A stretch of DNA of 55,783 nt, filler included, from Dimargaris cristalligena (GCA_003614675.1; 2 parts of 2 records of this genome joined end to end with filler, not necessarily neighbours in it); one strand, 5' to 3'; shown: positions 13,476 through 26,996, counted from the whole stretch's first letter. The notes: a model not told the origin generated them from the sequence alone. A program made the numbers and translations.

Positions 13476-14098
13476 ATCGAACCCGAGTTTTTGGTATCGC
13501 GCATCACATCACATCGCTGATGATGAAAGATATGGAGTGTGCTTGATCACCGCGTTGGCGGCAGCACTTGCGCCCCACCGACCCTACTATCCAGACAGAT
13601 GTTTCTCCCTGTGTTCTATCTGAGAATGGGGGAGGGTAGGCCGAGTAGTTAAGGCGGATACGACCTACTTGTTTGCGATATCTCGCGTATAACCAATAAA
13701 TACGATATTTTCCGCCTTGTAGGTCAATGTTGATTTGATAGTAGTGGTATGTGTAGAAAAAGTGGTATATCTGGCCTCTTTAAGGTATATTGACTTCCCT
13801 GCCAAGATATGGTAATATATTTCAAACCAACCAAATGCCAGGTAGATTGAGGTAAAAATATAAAGGGAGTTTTTATAGAACAGTTCAATTGCAAGAAGGT
13901 GGGAAAATAGACCATTGGTAATGGAATAATTGGGGGAGTGGGCTGACGACATGAGTTCGTATGGTCGGACATTTAAGAGGAATAGTCCAGAGGGAGGTAC
14001 CATTAAGAAACTGGAGAGGTGCTCTAGGTATGGTAGTAGTAGGAAGAAGAAGCCAATGTGAGAGGGAGTAGGAATACGCGGGAGTAAGAAGGGGCAAC

Positions 14099-15322
14099 CT
14101 ACTGCTCATCGGCATCGGCATCAACATCCAAATCCACTTCCTTACCCTCGGAAATGGCCATGTCCTTCAGTAAACGGTCCAACTGGTCCTTCTTCTCGCT
14201 CTCCTGCAGCTTCTGCCGTTCCCGGATAATCCGTTCCAGTTCCGGCTTATATTCGGCGTAGTACTCATCCCGGGCCTCCTTGACCCGATCGAAGAACTCG
14301 TCGAAGCCACTCCCGGTCACCGCGGACACCCCGGCGAACCTGAGGTTAGCGTAAAACTCGTCCAACACCAAACTCATGGAGTTCATCAGAGACGACATGT
14401 AGGTCGTGTCGTCCTTGAGGGCCCGCTGGTAGGCTTCGAAATCGGACATCCATTCAACGGCGAATTGATGGGACTGCACGTCCGTTTTGTTGAACACCAG
14501 AATAAAAGGAAGTTTGGTTTTGTACAGGATACTGCAGGCGTAGAGCATGTTGGACATGAATGTGGCCGGGCTGGTGGTCCGGGGGGTATCGATGATGTAG
14601 GCCAGGACGGTGGGGTACGTGGCGGCGAGGGAGTCTGTGATAATGGAGCCCGAGGCCGACCAGGTGAAAATCTCAATTTGGCCGGGGGTGTCCACGATCA
14701 CGTAGTCCAGGGCTTCGGACCGCTTGTCGACAAACTCCAGCACTTGGTCGAATTTGGTGGTAAACAGGTTGAGAGCAGTGAGGATAGCACCGTTGGGACC
14801 GAGCTTGTATTCCTTCATCACCTGCTTGTAGTCAATGGTGTCCCGGATGTCGATATTGGTCCCGTAAGGCAGTTTGCTCACGGCCGGGTCCAAGTTGAGC
14901 ACATACGGGGCCTGCTTCTGGGCTCGTAGGTGGGCATTCATGCGCTGGAAAGGGAGATACGAAGTGTGGAGCAGAGGGCTGGGAGTTAGGAAACAGTTAA
15001 TACAATGGGGTTGAATGCAATGGATTGTTAAGTCGTTTAGACTAAAGTATGCGCTCAATGGAGGCGCCTGAACCGCAGCCGTTCAGGTTCAGTCATTCTA
15101 GGCAATCCTGGTGGACTAGACCTGAGAGGAATTCACCCTTGGTGTGGGGGGGGGGGGTTCCCGGAAGCTAGTTAAGGTAAGGCCAGGCTAGGTGTATCTA
15201 CTTACCTGCATGAAGGTGGTTTTACCGGAGCCCGCCATGCCGATGCACAGAATAACGGTGGGCATCTTTTTAGGGTCGGTAGTTTGGGCGGCTGAGGCCG
15301 AGGCGGTTTCGGGGGCACTCAT
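14099..15322 (-). CDS. GPN1: GPN-loop GTPase 1 (Npa3/XAB1); exons 15322-15206, 14944-14099
   Basis: [57 protein letters not shown]. Confidence 0.96.
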
Positions 15323-16477
15323 GGTGAAAGTGGATAGTATGGAAATAGAGGCCAATGCCAAAATCGGGACTTTAATGAATAAGTAAAAAGGCAATGGGAG
15401 GGAGGAAAAGTACAGACGCGACAATGCAATGTTATAAAAAAACGAGGGGCTGAATAGGGAAGAGAGATTGTGGGTAGTTTAGGTAAAGCCGGTTCAATTT
15501 ACCTAATCGTACGGGAAGCTGTGAAGGGTATAATAGGGCCAGTGTGGCAAATTACACTTTAGATATATCAAGGCACTATTTATCTGCCTTTTTTTCTCTT
15601 GGTTGTGTTACTCGCCTTGTCATTGTGGCAGCGTTGGAATATGATGGATTTAGCTGCCAAATCGGAATTTGATCACTTGCTGACATAACCCATAGTATAT
15701 TGATGCTTTCATATTTAACTTACTCATTTGATGGTTTTGTATATCAGTTTTCAAGGCAAGTCTAGCTTGGGCAAAATGTCCAATTTAGCTGATTTATCTC
15801 CCCAGACAAACAATGGTGCCTTTGTAGTTGGCCCGATAGATATATTCTATAAGGTGTTTTATCCAACTAGCAAGGTGGGTCTCTCCTCTATATTCCTTGG
15901 GCATTAATGTGGGAGAGGTTCAACCGGGCTGTATAACGAAAAATCCGTTGGATGAAGCAAATATGACTGGTTAAAAATAAATCTCCCATATATTATCCCA
16001 TACAGTTATCATTTAAAACCTTATACAGCTGGGCCGAACTTCACCCATGTCCTTTTGCCAGGGTAATTTCCTCCCATGGGTGATTATGGTGTGATTTTTT
16101 GGGAGGTAATTGATTGAATAGGCGTAGCGATATATCCAGCACTCCAGGAAACTCAGCCTAGTAAATTCATTCAGCTGTAAAAAAAAAGAGGGGAACTTCA
16201 CAAAGTGAGGCAACACGAATTCAAGCCAAGGTAAAAGTCCAAGCATTTCTTTTCTAGTGTACAACAGCAACATTCACAGACCAGGCCACCTGCATAGCTA
16301 TATTTCTAGTCCCCGTACTTCGTTTCCCCCAACTTTGCCGAAGCCGCCGGTCACTTTCAACTGCATTCCAGCTCGCTAATCCTACATTTACCTCATAACT
16401 AAGCAACAGGCAGGTAGTAGTACATTTCGACAGACGAAACCCCCTGTTTGAAAAAAAAAAGTCACCGACGACCCAAC

Positions 16478-17644
16478 ATGACTACTGCTCACCCCCGTAT
16501 CGAGCCCAACCTCATTCCCGAGCTCTTTCTACGGAACAGCACCCATTTTAGTCCTGATGCCAGCAGCTACGTGTTCCAACTCGAATGGCTAGACGGAAGC
16601 AACGACCCATGGGATACCAATCCCAGCCTGACCTCACCCCAGACTTTAGCCGCCAGTGCGTCGGACCACCTGATAAAAATCTACAATGTCGAGTCGTTAG
16701 GTCTCATACAGGCGCTGAAATTCCACACAAAGACGATCCAGCATATCCAGGCCGTGCCGGGACAACCCCAGGCCCTCATTAGTGCCTCCGACGACGGTCG
16801 GGTCGCCCTATGGGATTTACGGCTAGCCACAGAAACCCATGGTCCGGTCCAGGTCTTTACGGCCCCTCCGCCCGCCTATGCCCAATCAAAACCCTCCCAG
16901 GCCCCGGCCATGTTAGCCGCCGACATTAGCCGGTCCGGCCATCTACTCGTCGCCGGTACCGAATACAGCGAATCCACGCTCGAGGCCGCCGTTAGTTTCT
17001 ACGACTTGCGCCAGGCGGCCGACCGTAGCGTCGTGCAGGTGTATCGGGAATCCCACGGCGACGACGTGACGCAGGTGAAGTTCCATCCCCTCCACCACCA
17101 CATTCTCCTGACCGGTTCCGAGGATGGCCTCTTGTGTTTATTCGATACCCAACAAGCCGACGAAGAAGACGCCATCACGGCCGTGGGCAATACGTCGTCC
17201 ACAGTGAATCGCGCCGGCTGGTTCGGTCCCTCGGCGGAATTCATTTACTCCCTCAGTCCTTTGGAAAATTTCTCCCTGTGGTCGGTCCAAAGCGACGGTC
17301 TGGACCCCGTCCACCAGTGGTCGGACATCCGTCGGTTCGGGGGGCCGAGCTGGACGCCCGACTACGCCATTGACTGTCATTATAATCCCCGCACCCAGCG
17401 GCTGTTCCTGCTGACGGGCTCCCACGAGGGCCAGGTCCAGTCGTTCCACGTGGGTGCTGACGATGTGCAGCTATGCCAAGTGCTCAATCACGGCCACGCC
17501 GAATTGGTCCGGGCGGCTATTTACAGTCCGGATCAAGCGGCCCTGATTTCCGGTGGCGAGGACTCGAGGTTGACGACGTGGTCGAATATTCCGCCTCCGC
17601 CGGTAGAGTCAGAGCCCTCGGAAATGATGGAAACTGGCCCCTAG
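16478..17644 (+). CDS. WDR89: WD40-repeat protein, WDR89/YNL035C-like
   Basis: WD repeats; ESHGDDVTQVKFHP..LLTGSEDGL..DEEDAI signature; start taken at the first ATG. Confidence 0.85.
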   Translation: MTTAHPRIEPNLIPELFLRNSTHFSPDASSYVFQLEWLDGSNDPWDTNPSLTSPQTLAASASDHLIKIYNVESLGLIQALKFHTKTIQHIQAVPGQPQALISASDDGRVALWDLRLATETHGPVQVFTAPPPAYAQSKPSQAPAMLAADISRSGHLLVAGTEYSESTLEAAVSFYDLRQAADRSVVQVYRESHGDDVTQVKFHPLHHHILLTGSEDGLLCLFDTQQADEEDAITAVGNTSSTVNRAGWFGPSAEFIYSLSPLENFSLWSVQSDGLDPVHQWSDIRRFGGPSWTPDYAIDCHYNPRTQRLFLLTGSHEGQVQSFHVGADDVQLCQVLNHGHAELVRAAIYSPDQAALISGGEDSRLTTWSNIPPPPVESEPSEMMETGP

Positions 17645-18315
17645 CCCTAAAGCCATGTGCGTTCTTAATACGCCCCATCTCTTCACGGGTATTTTCTCAA
17701 TTACATCAAACCTTATTATGGCGTGGGCTGGAGTTTGATTGACTACCTGGTAGCATATATCCAATCAAGCAGCATGTCCATGGTTATTTCGTTGGTTATA
17801 ATATATACATTTCACCACCCACCTGTTATTTACGAAAGCTTACATTTTCGTTGGCTTACACCATTTTATATTTCACACTCGCGTAGATCAACTCAGCATT
17901 GAGAAGCCGGTTTCAGTCTTATTAGAGCCGCCCTACCTCCTCCTGCTCGCCCACCTAACCTACACAAGAGGGACAGCTGCCCAAATAACTAAAAAGCTGT
18001 GCATCAATTTTATTTATATCCGTTAATTGTCACAGGAATTCTGCCCCGAATTACGACTTTTTTTACCTTTGATTGGTCCCATTGACGTCCAACTATACCC
18101 AGACCCCCCCTGGGTCTGCATGATGTATTCCAAATAATAATAATTTATTTACAGAGGTCCCACTTGGTAACCCGTTTTGCTCAAATCGTACATTTTTTTT
18201 TGATAACAAGGGGGGGTGGGCTATAGGACATTTTCCTCGGATAATTAGATGGCCCTATATTTCGATATTCTCTACTAAATTGGGGATGGCGGGTGGCCAA
18301 GGAGAGCGGGTGAAT

Positions 18316-20668
18316 TTAACTTAAAAAAGCGGTAAATGGGAAAAGGGTTTGCAGGAACGGGTGCCGTATGGCATCTTTAGGGGTCAGCCGTTTAGCCAAA
18401 TCGTAATCTAATAGGCGGTTCAAAAAATCTAGAAATTCGAGGTTTCGTGTTCCAAGGGTAACGGATAGACGCGATATTCTAATGCGGGCCAATAGATACA
18501 ACAGTTCCACGAAAAAAAAAAGAGGTATTAGAATGCAATGTAAGGGTAAAATACCTTGATGAGAATAGGATACTCTCGCTAGATGCAAGGAGCAATGCCA
18601 TGTTGAAGGAAGGAATCGTATAAATATGTGCGGGTACCCCCTCTGCCATTGTAGCCCAGTCAGTTATGCCAGTAAGAATCGTTAAATGAAATATACCTAT
18701 TTAGCAAAAGGAACGCGATCCTCTCGTTCTCGTTATTCTACACATACGGAAACTTACCTCTCTAAAGAACTCAGCGGAGCCCCGGTATAGGCCTCAGGAT
18801 AATTCTTCCCAAATTTCCCCTCTGTATATTTAACCGAGGAGTATTCGGTAGCGAAAGGTCCGAGTAGCTTAACCATCGAGGATATCATCCCATTCCGTTT
18901 GGGTGGGTTGAATGGGGTATATCCGGTAAAAATTTCAAAAAGTACACATCCTAGGGAATTATAGTGTCGAAAATATTTAGAGGGTCGCAAGTTAGTCTAT
19001 GCCAATCCAGTGGCTAGGTTTCGTAGTATGGAGGGCCCATAGCGCAGCAGCCTGAACTCCCTTTGGCACCGAGCCCTGCGACATCCGTCGAAATATATAT
19101 ATATATATATATATATATAATACAACCGACCACATTCTTACCTAGTGACCACATATCGATACTTTGGTCAAATGGAATGCCGAGTATTACCTAATTATCA
19201 CGACAAAGGTGTAAGGATCAGTACTTAGCTTCATTATTATAGTTTGGGGTGTATTGGTATTGAATGTACTTTAAAGTAAAATAATCCAGTTTGCGAACCT
19301 AGGTTAATTATGGCGGGAAAGGGGGAATATTTACCTCAGGTGCCCGGTAGCCGAGGGTTTGTATCTCGAATTCGTCGTAGTATAGCTTTAAGGTATCGAA
19401 GGGGACGATGTTGCCAAAGTCGATTAGCCTGACCTGATTTGATTCTAACGATCACCATACAGCGCATAATACATGGAACCATGCCCGAAAATGCAGGGGA
19501 CAACATACCATAGGTTATTTACAAGTGATTGGGTATATGCAGTATGAGATCGATGGTGTTCCTACCAATTTCTAAGGGAAGTACCGTGTTATAATATTCA
19601 GAAAGAGTTCAATTAAGCCTGTTGCTGACTAAACTTACCGGGTGAAACCATTAGTATATTCTCGGATTTAATATCCGTATGGGCAAATTTATAACGGTTC
19701 AAGAACCCGAGAGCCCCGATTAGCTGGCTCGCTATTTTACGGACCCGGGTGATTCGGACCCATTCCGGCTTAGGTTGGGCTAATGGTCGGTCGGGAGAAG
19801 GGGTCACCACGATAGGGCCCCCGAGCAAAGCATCCATGACGATTCCATAGCTTCCGTCAGGGAGCGTAAACGAATCGTGCACCTGGGGTACATGTACGGC
19901 GTGGTATATGTCGACATTATTGATCCAGCGTAGGCGCTGGTATTCGTTATGACCGATGTAGGCAAAGTCCGGACTGGTAATTTTGATGGCCACTATCCGG
20001 CGGCCAATGGGTCGGTAGTAAAGGTCCAAGGCCCGGTAAGTGCAGCCGAATGTGCCGCGGCCGAACAGGGTGTCTAATTGGTAACGGTGGGCCAGCACGA
20101 GGCCTGGTGGTAGTATGCCCGTGGATGAAGCGGGTTCGGCGTTAATTAAGGTGATACCGGATAGTTCGGGCCGTTTAACGGGGCTCGGGGGTTCGTCGAT
20201 TGTTTTAGTAGGTTGTTTAAGAATCGGCGAGGGGGTGGTGGTCTTCGGTTGATGGGCGGTAAGTGATACTGTATTCGAGGGGAATTGGAGGCAGTTGGTG
20301 AATAATCAAAGATGGATGAAATTAGGGGGGAAGGTCAGGGACGCTGAGTTCAAGATGTTACCAGGTCCAACTAGATTTTAAGATATGGTGATCAACTGGG
20401 AGTAGAGGGGGGGAGGGGCTACCTAATAGCGCACCAAGGGTTTCTTACCTATAGGGACTAGGTTAATACCCTCGTCCTCATCACTTGTGAATGCGGTTTC
20501 GTCGAGTTCGAAAGGGCCACTGAAGGACGAATGCCGGAAGGCTACCGGCGTTTTTAGCGGGACATCTCTCGCCAGAATGACCTGGGGGGTTGTACTTTGT
20601 CGGCCAATGTCGCTGTATAAGGCTTGGAGGCCGGCGGTTAAGCGGCCCAGCAAATTATACTGGGCCAT
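18316..20668 (-). CDS. CMGC (DYRK/HIPK-related) Ser/Thr kinase; exons about 20668-20449, 20268-19639, 19444-19335, 19190-19142, 18950-18758, 18478-18316
   Basis: GRGTFG, VAIK, HTDIKSENIL, LIDFG, IQTLGYRAPE, IDMWSLGC, FLDFL..LLDYD..KRLTP..A..HPF assembled across GT-AG introns. The last intron boundary is less certain. Confidence 0.88.
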
Positions 20669-21496
20669 GGCGGGGGTGGAATGCGAGGGTGCTTTTTTTG
20701 GGGGTAGGATAGAACAGAGATGGGACGGGGGATAGTCGGGAAGAGGGGGCGACTCGCGAATGAACGGTCTGTGGAGTGGTACCAATGGGGTCAACAAGGT
20801 CAAGCAATGGGCAACGCCGGGGGGAAGTTATACCACAAGCTATATTGCAACGGGCAGGCCAAACGGGCACAGGAGTGCATCCTGAAGAAATAGAAGTATA
20901 TATAATACAGAGAATAAATGCTAATTTCAGAGAGGTGCAACAAGCTTCAAGACTCTTCATTGGACCCTGCCCTCATGGGCAGTCCATTTGAGTCCCTCTC
21001 CAGGAAGGCATTTAATTATATTGAATTCCAGCGTGAGAGTAGTGCGGGGGGGCTTCTTGGGCGAGTAGGCAATTGGCACATATATCGTTTTTTCTTGGGA
21101 AACCGTAGCCAATTATGGGGATATGAGACCACGTGACACAGTCGGTTAAGGGCAAGCAATGTTAATCCACCCCCTTCTACCCATCTGGGTAAAGTACCGA
21201 TCTTTTCGTGGGATCATTCACATTCCCTTATTGAGCGACCCTTGTATGAGGTTGTCTACAGGACTTTTAATATCTATTAATACCCGGGGCAGGGATTTAT
21301 ACGTTTTATCAATAGTAAAACTGGGCTAATATACTTCCCAACTAAGGGACACGCGTCAGCTGGACTTGGGAGTTACTTTAATTTTGGATTAATAATATAG
21401 AAGTCGATGGAGATTGATTCCATCGGAAATACTGTAAAGCATACCGCCTCTGAAATTAATGAAGACAGTGAGGCAAAAGGGGTTCGGCAGCTACGC

Positions 21497-23329
21497 TTAT
21501 TTTGTTGAACTGGCCAGTGTGAGTGCCATCAGGCGTTGTTTGCGTAAGATTTTCTTTTCGCCGAATTTACTTGCCACCAGTTTCTAAATCGAATTGGAAT
21601 CCAAAGAGTAAGATATATGTGGGTGAGGGTTAGTCGGGATACCACTCTACTATTTCTCTCGAATACCTAGGCCGGAAAGCGGAAGCTTATAGAGTACCCT
21701 TATGCCGGTTGAAGCCAGCCAATTAGCTATAAGGCACTTTGGAAGCCCCCCGGATCGTTCCAAGTATATCCCACTGTATCCATAGTTATTACTAACCCGC
21801 GATGGTAAATAGCACAGGTAAAATAAAAATAAATAAACACTTACCATATTGGCTGCCCGCTTGGCAGTATTGACAAAGCTCATAAATTCCGATACTTTAG
21901 ACTCGACTACCCGCTGCTTCTGCATCTGGCACTTGACGCGCTCTTCGATTTGTTTAACCAGGTGCAAATCCCGTTCCGACACAATCGACACGGCCCGGCC
22001 GCCCAAACCAGCACGGGCGGTACGTCCCACCCGATGAATATAAGTGGTGGGGTCGAGGGGTAGTTCGTAGTTGATGACCAAGCGCACGGTGGGAATATCC
22101 AAACCACGACTCGCCACATCGGTGGCAATCAGAACCGGGATCTCACCCGAACGGAACCGCCGCACACTATCACGACGCTCGTTAAGGGTCATTTGGGAGT
22201 GTAGCGAAGCGCACTTGATCTTGAGGTGCCGGAGCAGCAGACGCAGGAGTTCGGAACTAACGCATTTAGTCACGAAAATGATGGTGGAGTGGTTGGCCAG
22301 GTCCCGCTGGGTCAAAAGGTAGAATAGGTAGGTTTCCCGCACCTGGGAGGGCGCCAGGACGTAGGTCTGGACCAGGGACGATACCGTGGCAATATCGTTG
22401 GGACAGACATGGACAAAGGGTTTACGCGCCGGATCTTCGGTTTGGTTCTGCAGCGAGAGGAGCGTGTCGTTCATCGTGGCCGTGTACAGCAGGGTCTGTC
22501 GTTTCTTAGGAATCCGGTCGAAGATGAGGTGCAGGTCATCCTGGAAACTGGGGCCTAATAAACGATCGGCTTCGTCCATCACCAGGAACTGCAGATGGCT
22601 TAAATGCAGAGCGTCATTGGCGGTCCGGATCAGGTCCCCCAGACGCCCGGGGGTCGCCACGACAATATGGGGCCGGTTGACCAATGACGCCACCTGCGTT
22701 GCGATATCGGCGCCTCCGACTACCACCTGGGTCCGCATCTTGATGTATTTACCGAGCACCCGAAACTGGTCGGCGATTTGAAAAGCCAGTTCCCGGGTGG
22801 GGGTGAGCACCAGGGCAAAGACACCGAACGGTTCTTCGGATAGTTTTTGGATGATGGGGAGCGCAAAGGCGGCCGTTTTACCCGACCCGGTTTTGGCGCC
22901 GCCGATAATGTCCCGGCCGGCGAGGGTGGGGGGGATACACTCCCGCTGAATTTCGGTGGGGTGGTGAATGGTCATTTGGGCGAGGGCCTGGACGAGCCAA
23001 GGGTCGAGGCCGAGCTCCAGGAATCCCTGCGCCTTGGCCTTGGTGGCGGCGCCTTTGGACGACTCGTCGGTGGGGGGGTTCCGGGAGGCTCCGACGCGGC
23101 TTGGGGGGTCCTCCATCAGGGGCGCAAACTCCAGGGCGGGGGCCTCGGAGTCGGAAGCCGAGGCTGAAGCGTCGGTAGCGGGGTCCTCAGAGTCGAAGGC
23201 TACAGGGCTGGCGGTGGTCGACTCGGCAGGACTGGAAACCCGGATACGCACCCGGGACAGCTCTTCGTTTGCGGGGAATGGGGCGGGGGCCGTATTGGCC
23301 TTGCGCTTACGGACGTGGGAGGGCGGCAT
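21497..23329 (-). CDS. DBP8: DEAD-box RNA helicase Dbp8/DDX49; exons 23329-21845, 21583-21497
   Basis: AKTGSGKTAAFALP, PTRELAFQIADQF, DEADRLL, ATDVASRGLDIPTV, HRVGRTARAG. Confidence 0.93.
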
Positions 23330-23873
23330 GCTAGGCTTGGGACTGGGGTCTATGTAATAGAGAGAGCGTGGGGGCCAGTCACAAGGGAGAAATCGGGGAC
23401 AATGGGGGATTCAATGTAGGACTGAGAGCAGAGCAGAAGAGTCCATTCAGCAACTACGGGTGTGGTTGAATACTAAACTCGCTAGCGATTGAGCCAAATT
23501 GGTGGGGAAATGGGCAAATAAGCAGGTCCGAAAAAAAGAACGAGGAAAAGTTGGGTGTAGTTTGGGAGTCACGTGATAATATAGGTATAGGGATGAGAAT
23601 TGGAGAGAGAAGGTTGGCTGGCCCTATTGGAATAGTAATCACACTCTACCATCCCATTTCACCCCACCAAGGGTGGTGAAATCGGACTGGCTGGCTCGTA
23701 ATATACATACCGCACGCTTCACTCACCACTACTAACTACCTCGAATGGAAACACCAGCAGTACCTCCGCTTCTGGTTGATTCAAGCCTTGTGTTGCGCCG
23801 TCTTTCTACTCTAGATTCTAGTGATTGCTCTATTCTTGTTTCTTATATTTCTTGTAAAACCGCCCGATTCAAC

Positions 23874-24796
23874 ATGCGTCTGTCACTTACGATCCAACGT
23901 GCCTGGTCCATGGCCAACTCCAGGGTGGTGGGGCCGGCTCAGCAATCCGTACGCTGGCTCTCTGGGTCGTCGGTGCCTAATAGTGCCCAACCCACCTCCG
24001 AATCCGCCACTGAAGCCTCTTCCACCAAACAACCAGGTAAATGCCGACACGGTACTCTTAAGCCGGGCCGAGAATCTCGCTTTGGTCCGGCTCTCTGCCT
24101 TGTCAACCTTAGCAATATCCGGAATTAGAAACCCACGGTCTGTCCAACCTCCACTCCCCCTTAAGAAAAGGGCATTGGGCCGACTACACGATACATTCAC
24201 CTACCTTCCACTGAGTAATCATTTCTGACGCTCAATTGATTATTGGGGCTTTGATTACGTAATTAACCTGGGTTAAACAAACGATGCGGATACGCTCTTC
24301 CATTGAACCCCCCTACCTATAATTAGAAACCTTTCCCCCCACCGCCGTCGCTGTTCCGACTGACCGTACCGGTGAGGTCCGCTACCCCACGATCCTCGAT
24401 CAGGTACAGCGGGAGGCCATTCGCCGTTCCCATAACGGTACCCGTGCCAGACTTTTCCTACGCCGCCCCATGGACCGGACCCGGACGATGCAGGCTGGGG
24501 ACGTGGTGATGGTGGAAACTCTCAATAGCAAGACGTCCAACACCTCCACCAAATTCATTGGCCTATGCCTGGGCGTTTTCCGCCGGGGCGTGGACACCTC
24601 GTTTACCCTGCGTAACATTGTGATGAAACTGGGCGTCGAGATCAACTTTAAGGGCTACTCGCCCATGATCAAGGATATTAAGATCTTGGAGAAGGGATCG
24701 GGTTACAACCGGGCGAAGCTCTTTTACATTCGGAAACAGCCCGAAAAGGCCTTTATGTTCAACAACCGCAAGGAAATGCGGGTATCCAACAAATAA
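23874..24796 (+). CDS. IMG1: Mitochondrial ribosomal protein bL19m; exons 23874-24036, 24327-24796
   Basis: Presequence-like N-terminus; AGDVV..FIGLCLGV.RRGVDTSFTLRN..GVE..YSPMIKDI..RAKLFYIR. Confidence 0.9.
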
Positions 24797-25370
24797 TCAA
24801 GATTCTATTGTGCGCTGGCTTTTGGTCGGTATATTCCCTTTACTTCGTTTGTTTAAAAAAATGGGCCCTGGGTGCTTGCCAATCCAGTCATAAAATCCTA
24901 TAAAGTTAGTCGACGAATGCAACCAATATTAGCTAATGGGTGTATTGGTGTATATTAGCGAGGTATCAATGTAATTGGGCGTTGCTTGCTTAGGGCCCAG
25001 AGAGTATCCACAGGGGTTAAAGGGGGAGTTGGAAAGGTGTACTTTAGAGGGGAACTTCACTGCACCTAATTAATGTAGCCGAGTTAACTCTCGGTAGTTC
25101 GGCACTGTTCCCTCCTAATCACCTCCCTGGATGATGGGTTGCATCCGCTGGCCACTACTACTAGGGGAAAACGCCCCCATAATGGGATAAATAAGGCCAT
25201 TGGTCTAAGGACCCCCACAGCGGAGTGTCGACTAGCCCACCAGTCGCTCGCTTCTTTATCTGATAGTAGTTTTGTTGATCGCCAAAACCTTTGTACTCTC
25301 ACCAACTCACTCTTTTGTCCACCCATTGTCCATTCCCAACCCTCTCTCATGCACCTTTCGTTTAACCATC

Positions 25371-26390
25371 ATGAGCGATACTAACATCCCCAAATCTAAA
25401 CTCTACACTCGTACCGGTGACAAGGGTAAATGCCCTATCGCCTCCCTATTTGCCTGGAAAATACCTCTTCGCTCGTGGTAGCCATCCCGACCTACGTCTA
25501 CTTGCTATACTTTTTCTCGGCCACCTTTGTTAACTCACGTACGACTTTCTTCTGGGGGGTACCTAAACCATCGAATAGGTGTTTCGTCCTTATATACCGG
25601 TAGCCGCGTTTCGAAGGCCCATATCATTTTCGAAGCTCTCGGTGCTGTTGATGAACTTAACTCGGCCATTGGGTAAAAATATACAATTATGTGTTTGGTT
25701 ATCTTTAAATTTAACTACATCGAGCCACTCCCTTTCAATTAAGTGGCCTATTAATTTTCTAAACATGGCATTATTCCCGTAATTATGTTTTTTAGAATTG
25801 CCCACCTGTATTGCCAGACAGCCAACAACGGTTTAGCCGAGCATTTGGAGGAGGTAATCCACTCATGTGCTTTCTATGCGGATTTTATGACTGATCATAT
25901 CCAATAGCCACCTAATGTATGACATATCGCTTCGATCCTAAGTCTAGTTGTTGCCCACTCCCTATTTTTATACTGTTTTTATCCGCTCATCTAGATTCAA
26001 TGTCGACTCTTTGAAATTGGATCCTGCGTAGCCACTCCGCCCGATTCGGCTTCGGAGGAGAAAGCGGCCGCCACCCGTTTCGACGGCGCCTGGGTCGACT
26101 GTCTCGAGAAGGAAATTGACGTCCTCGACTCACAGCTTCCCCCACTCCGCAATTTTATCCTACCTTCCGGAGGCTCGAGCGGCGTTTTCCTCCACCAATG
26201 CCGCTCCATTTGCCGGCGGGCCGAGCGAAATTTGGTAACCCTTTCCGAAACGAGCCACGCGGATACGTATGTGCTGCGCTACGTCAACCGGTTGAGCGAT
26301 TATTTTTTTGCCGCTGCGCGATTTGCGGCTCAGCACGATAAGCACCCTGAAACCATCTTCCGCTCCGGCAAAAAGGTGGCTCAGGAATAG
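25371..26390 (+). CDS. MMAB: ATP:cob(I)alamin adenosyltransferase (PduO/MMAB type); exons 25371-25425, 25579-25672, 25796-25853, 25995-26390
   Basis: Spliced translation KLYTRTGDKG.SSLYTG.RVSK..FEALGAVDELNSAIG..IQCRLFEIG..LPPLRNFILPSG..LHQCRSICRRAER..YVNRLSDYFF.AAR. Not captured by the ORF track. Confidence 0.95.
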
Positions 26391-26996
26391 CACGGGTACT
26401 TGAGAGGCAACAGATTCCTCTCACATGGGCACTATATAAAGATGTATCAATTGATAAATAACAGCTACCTCTTACTACTACTTTTCAATAGTTGTTTAAC
26501 ACTCAACTATCCAACAAGCTTTGCCAAATGAATAAACTATAAAGCCCCTTCGATCCCTCGTTTCATCATCCAATTTAGGCGTATCGGTTGGATTGGCAGG
26601 GGGAGGGAAGGCGAGATTATTCCCCAATCCACGTGACCGAATGCACCCGATGGGGTCGCTCTTCTCTCTCCTAAACCCTAATAGCCTCTCTGTAACCTTA
26701 CTTTCTCCTCTGGGTACTCTAGGGGGGGAGCGGAGAGACTCCATAATACAGTACAATCGAGTGCATCTCACCTCCCCACAAGAACAACGACAGTCAGTTG
26801 GATCGTGCCTAGCCCTGACTGATTCCGCTGCTCTTGAATCCGAATGACCTGATTATTGTTTCCTATTAGGTGGTCACCCCAATATTCTATTTCGGCCCTT
26901 GAATCCCCACTCCTCTCTCCCCCATCAGCCAAACTTTTATTCCCTTTGGCAACACCCTCAACAAATCTCTCAGTTCCCCGCGTATATATACAAACC

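Noticed and set aside
13517-13623. TGATGA...CTGA as a box C/D snoRNA or SECIS in the 3' UTR of the small gene
   Set aside because: No terminal stem or recognisable rRNA guide; the upstream ORF has no in-frame TGA.
21650-21844. C-terminal hydrophobic extension of DBP8 in the ORF track
   Set aside because: Read-through into an intron starting GTAAGT at 21844.
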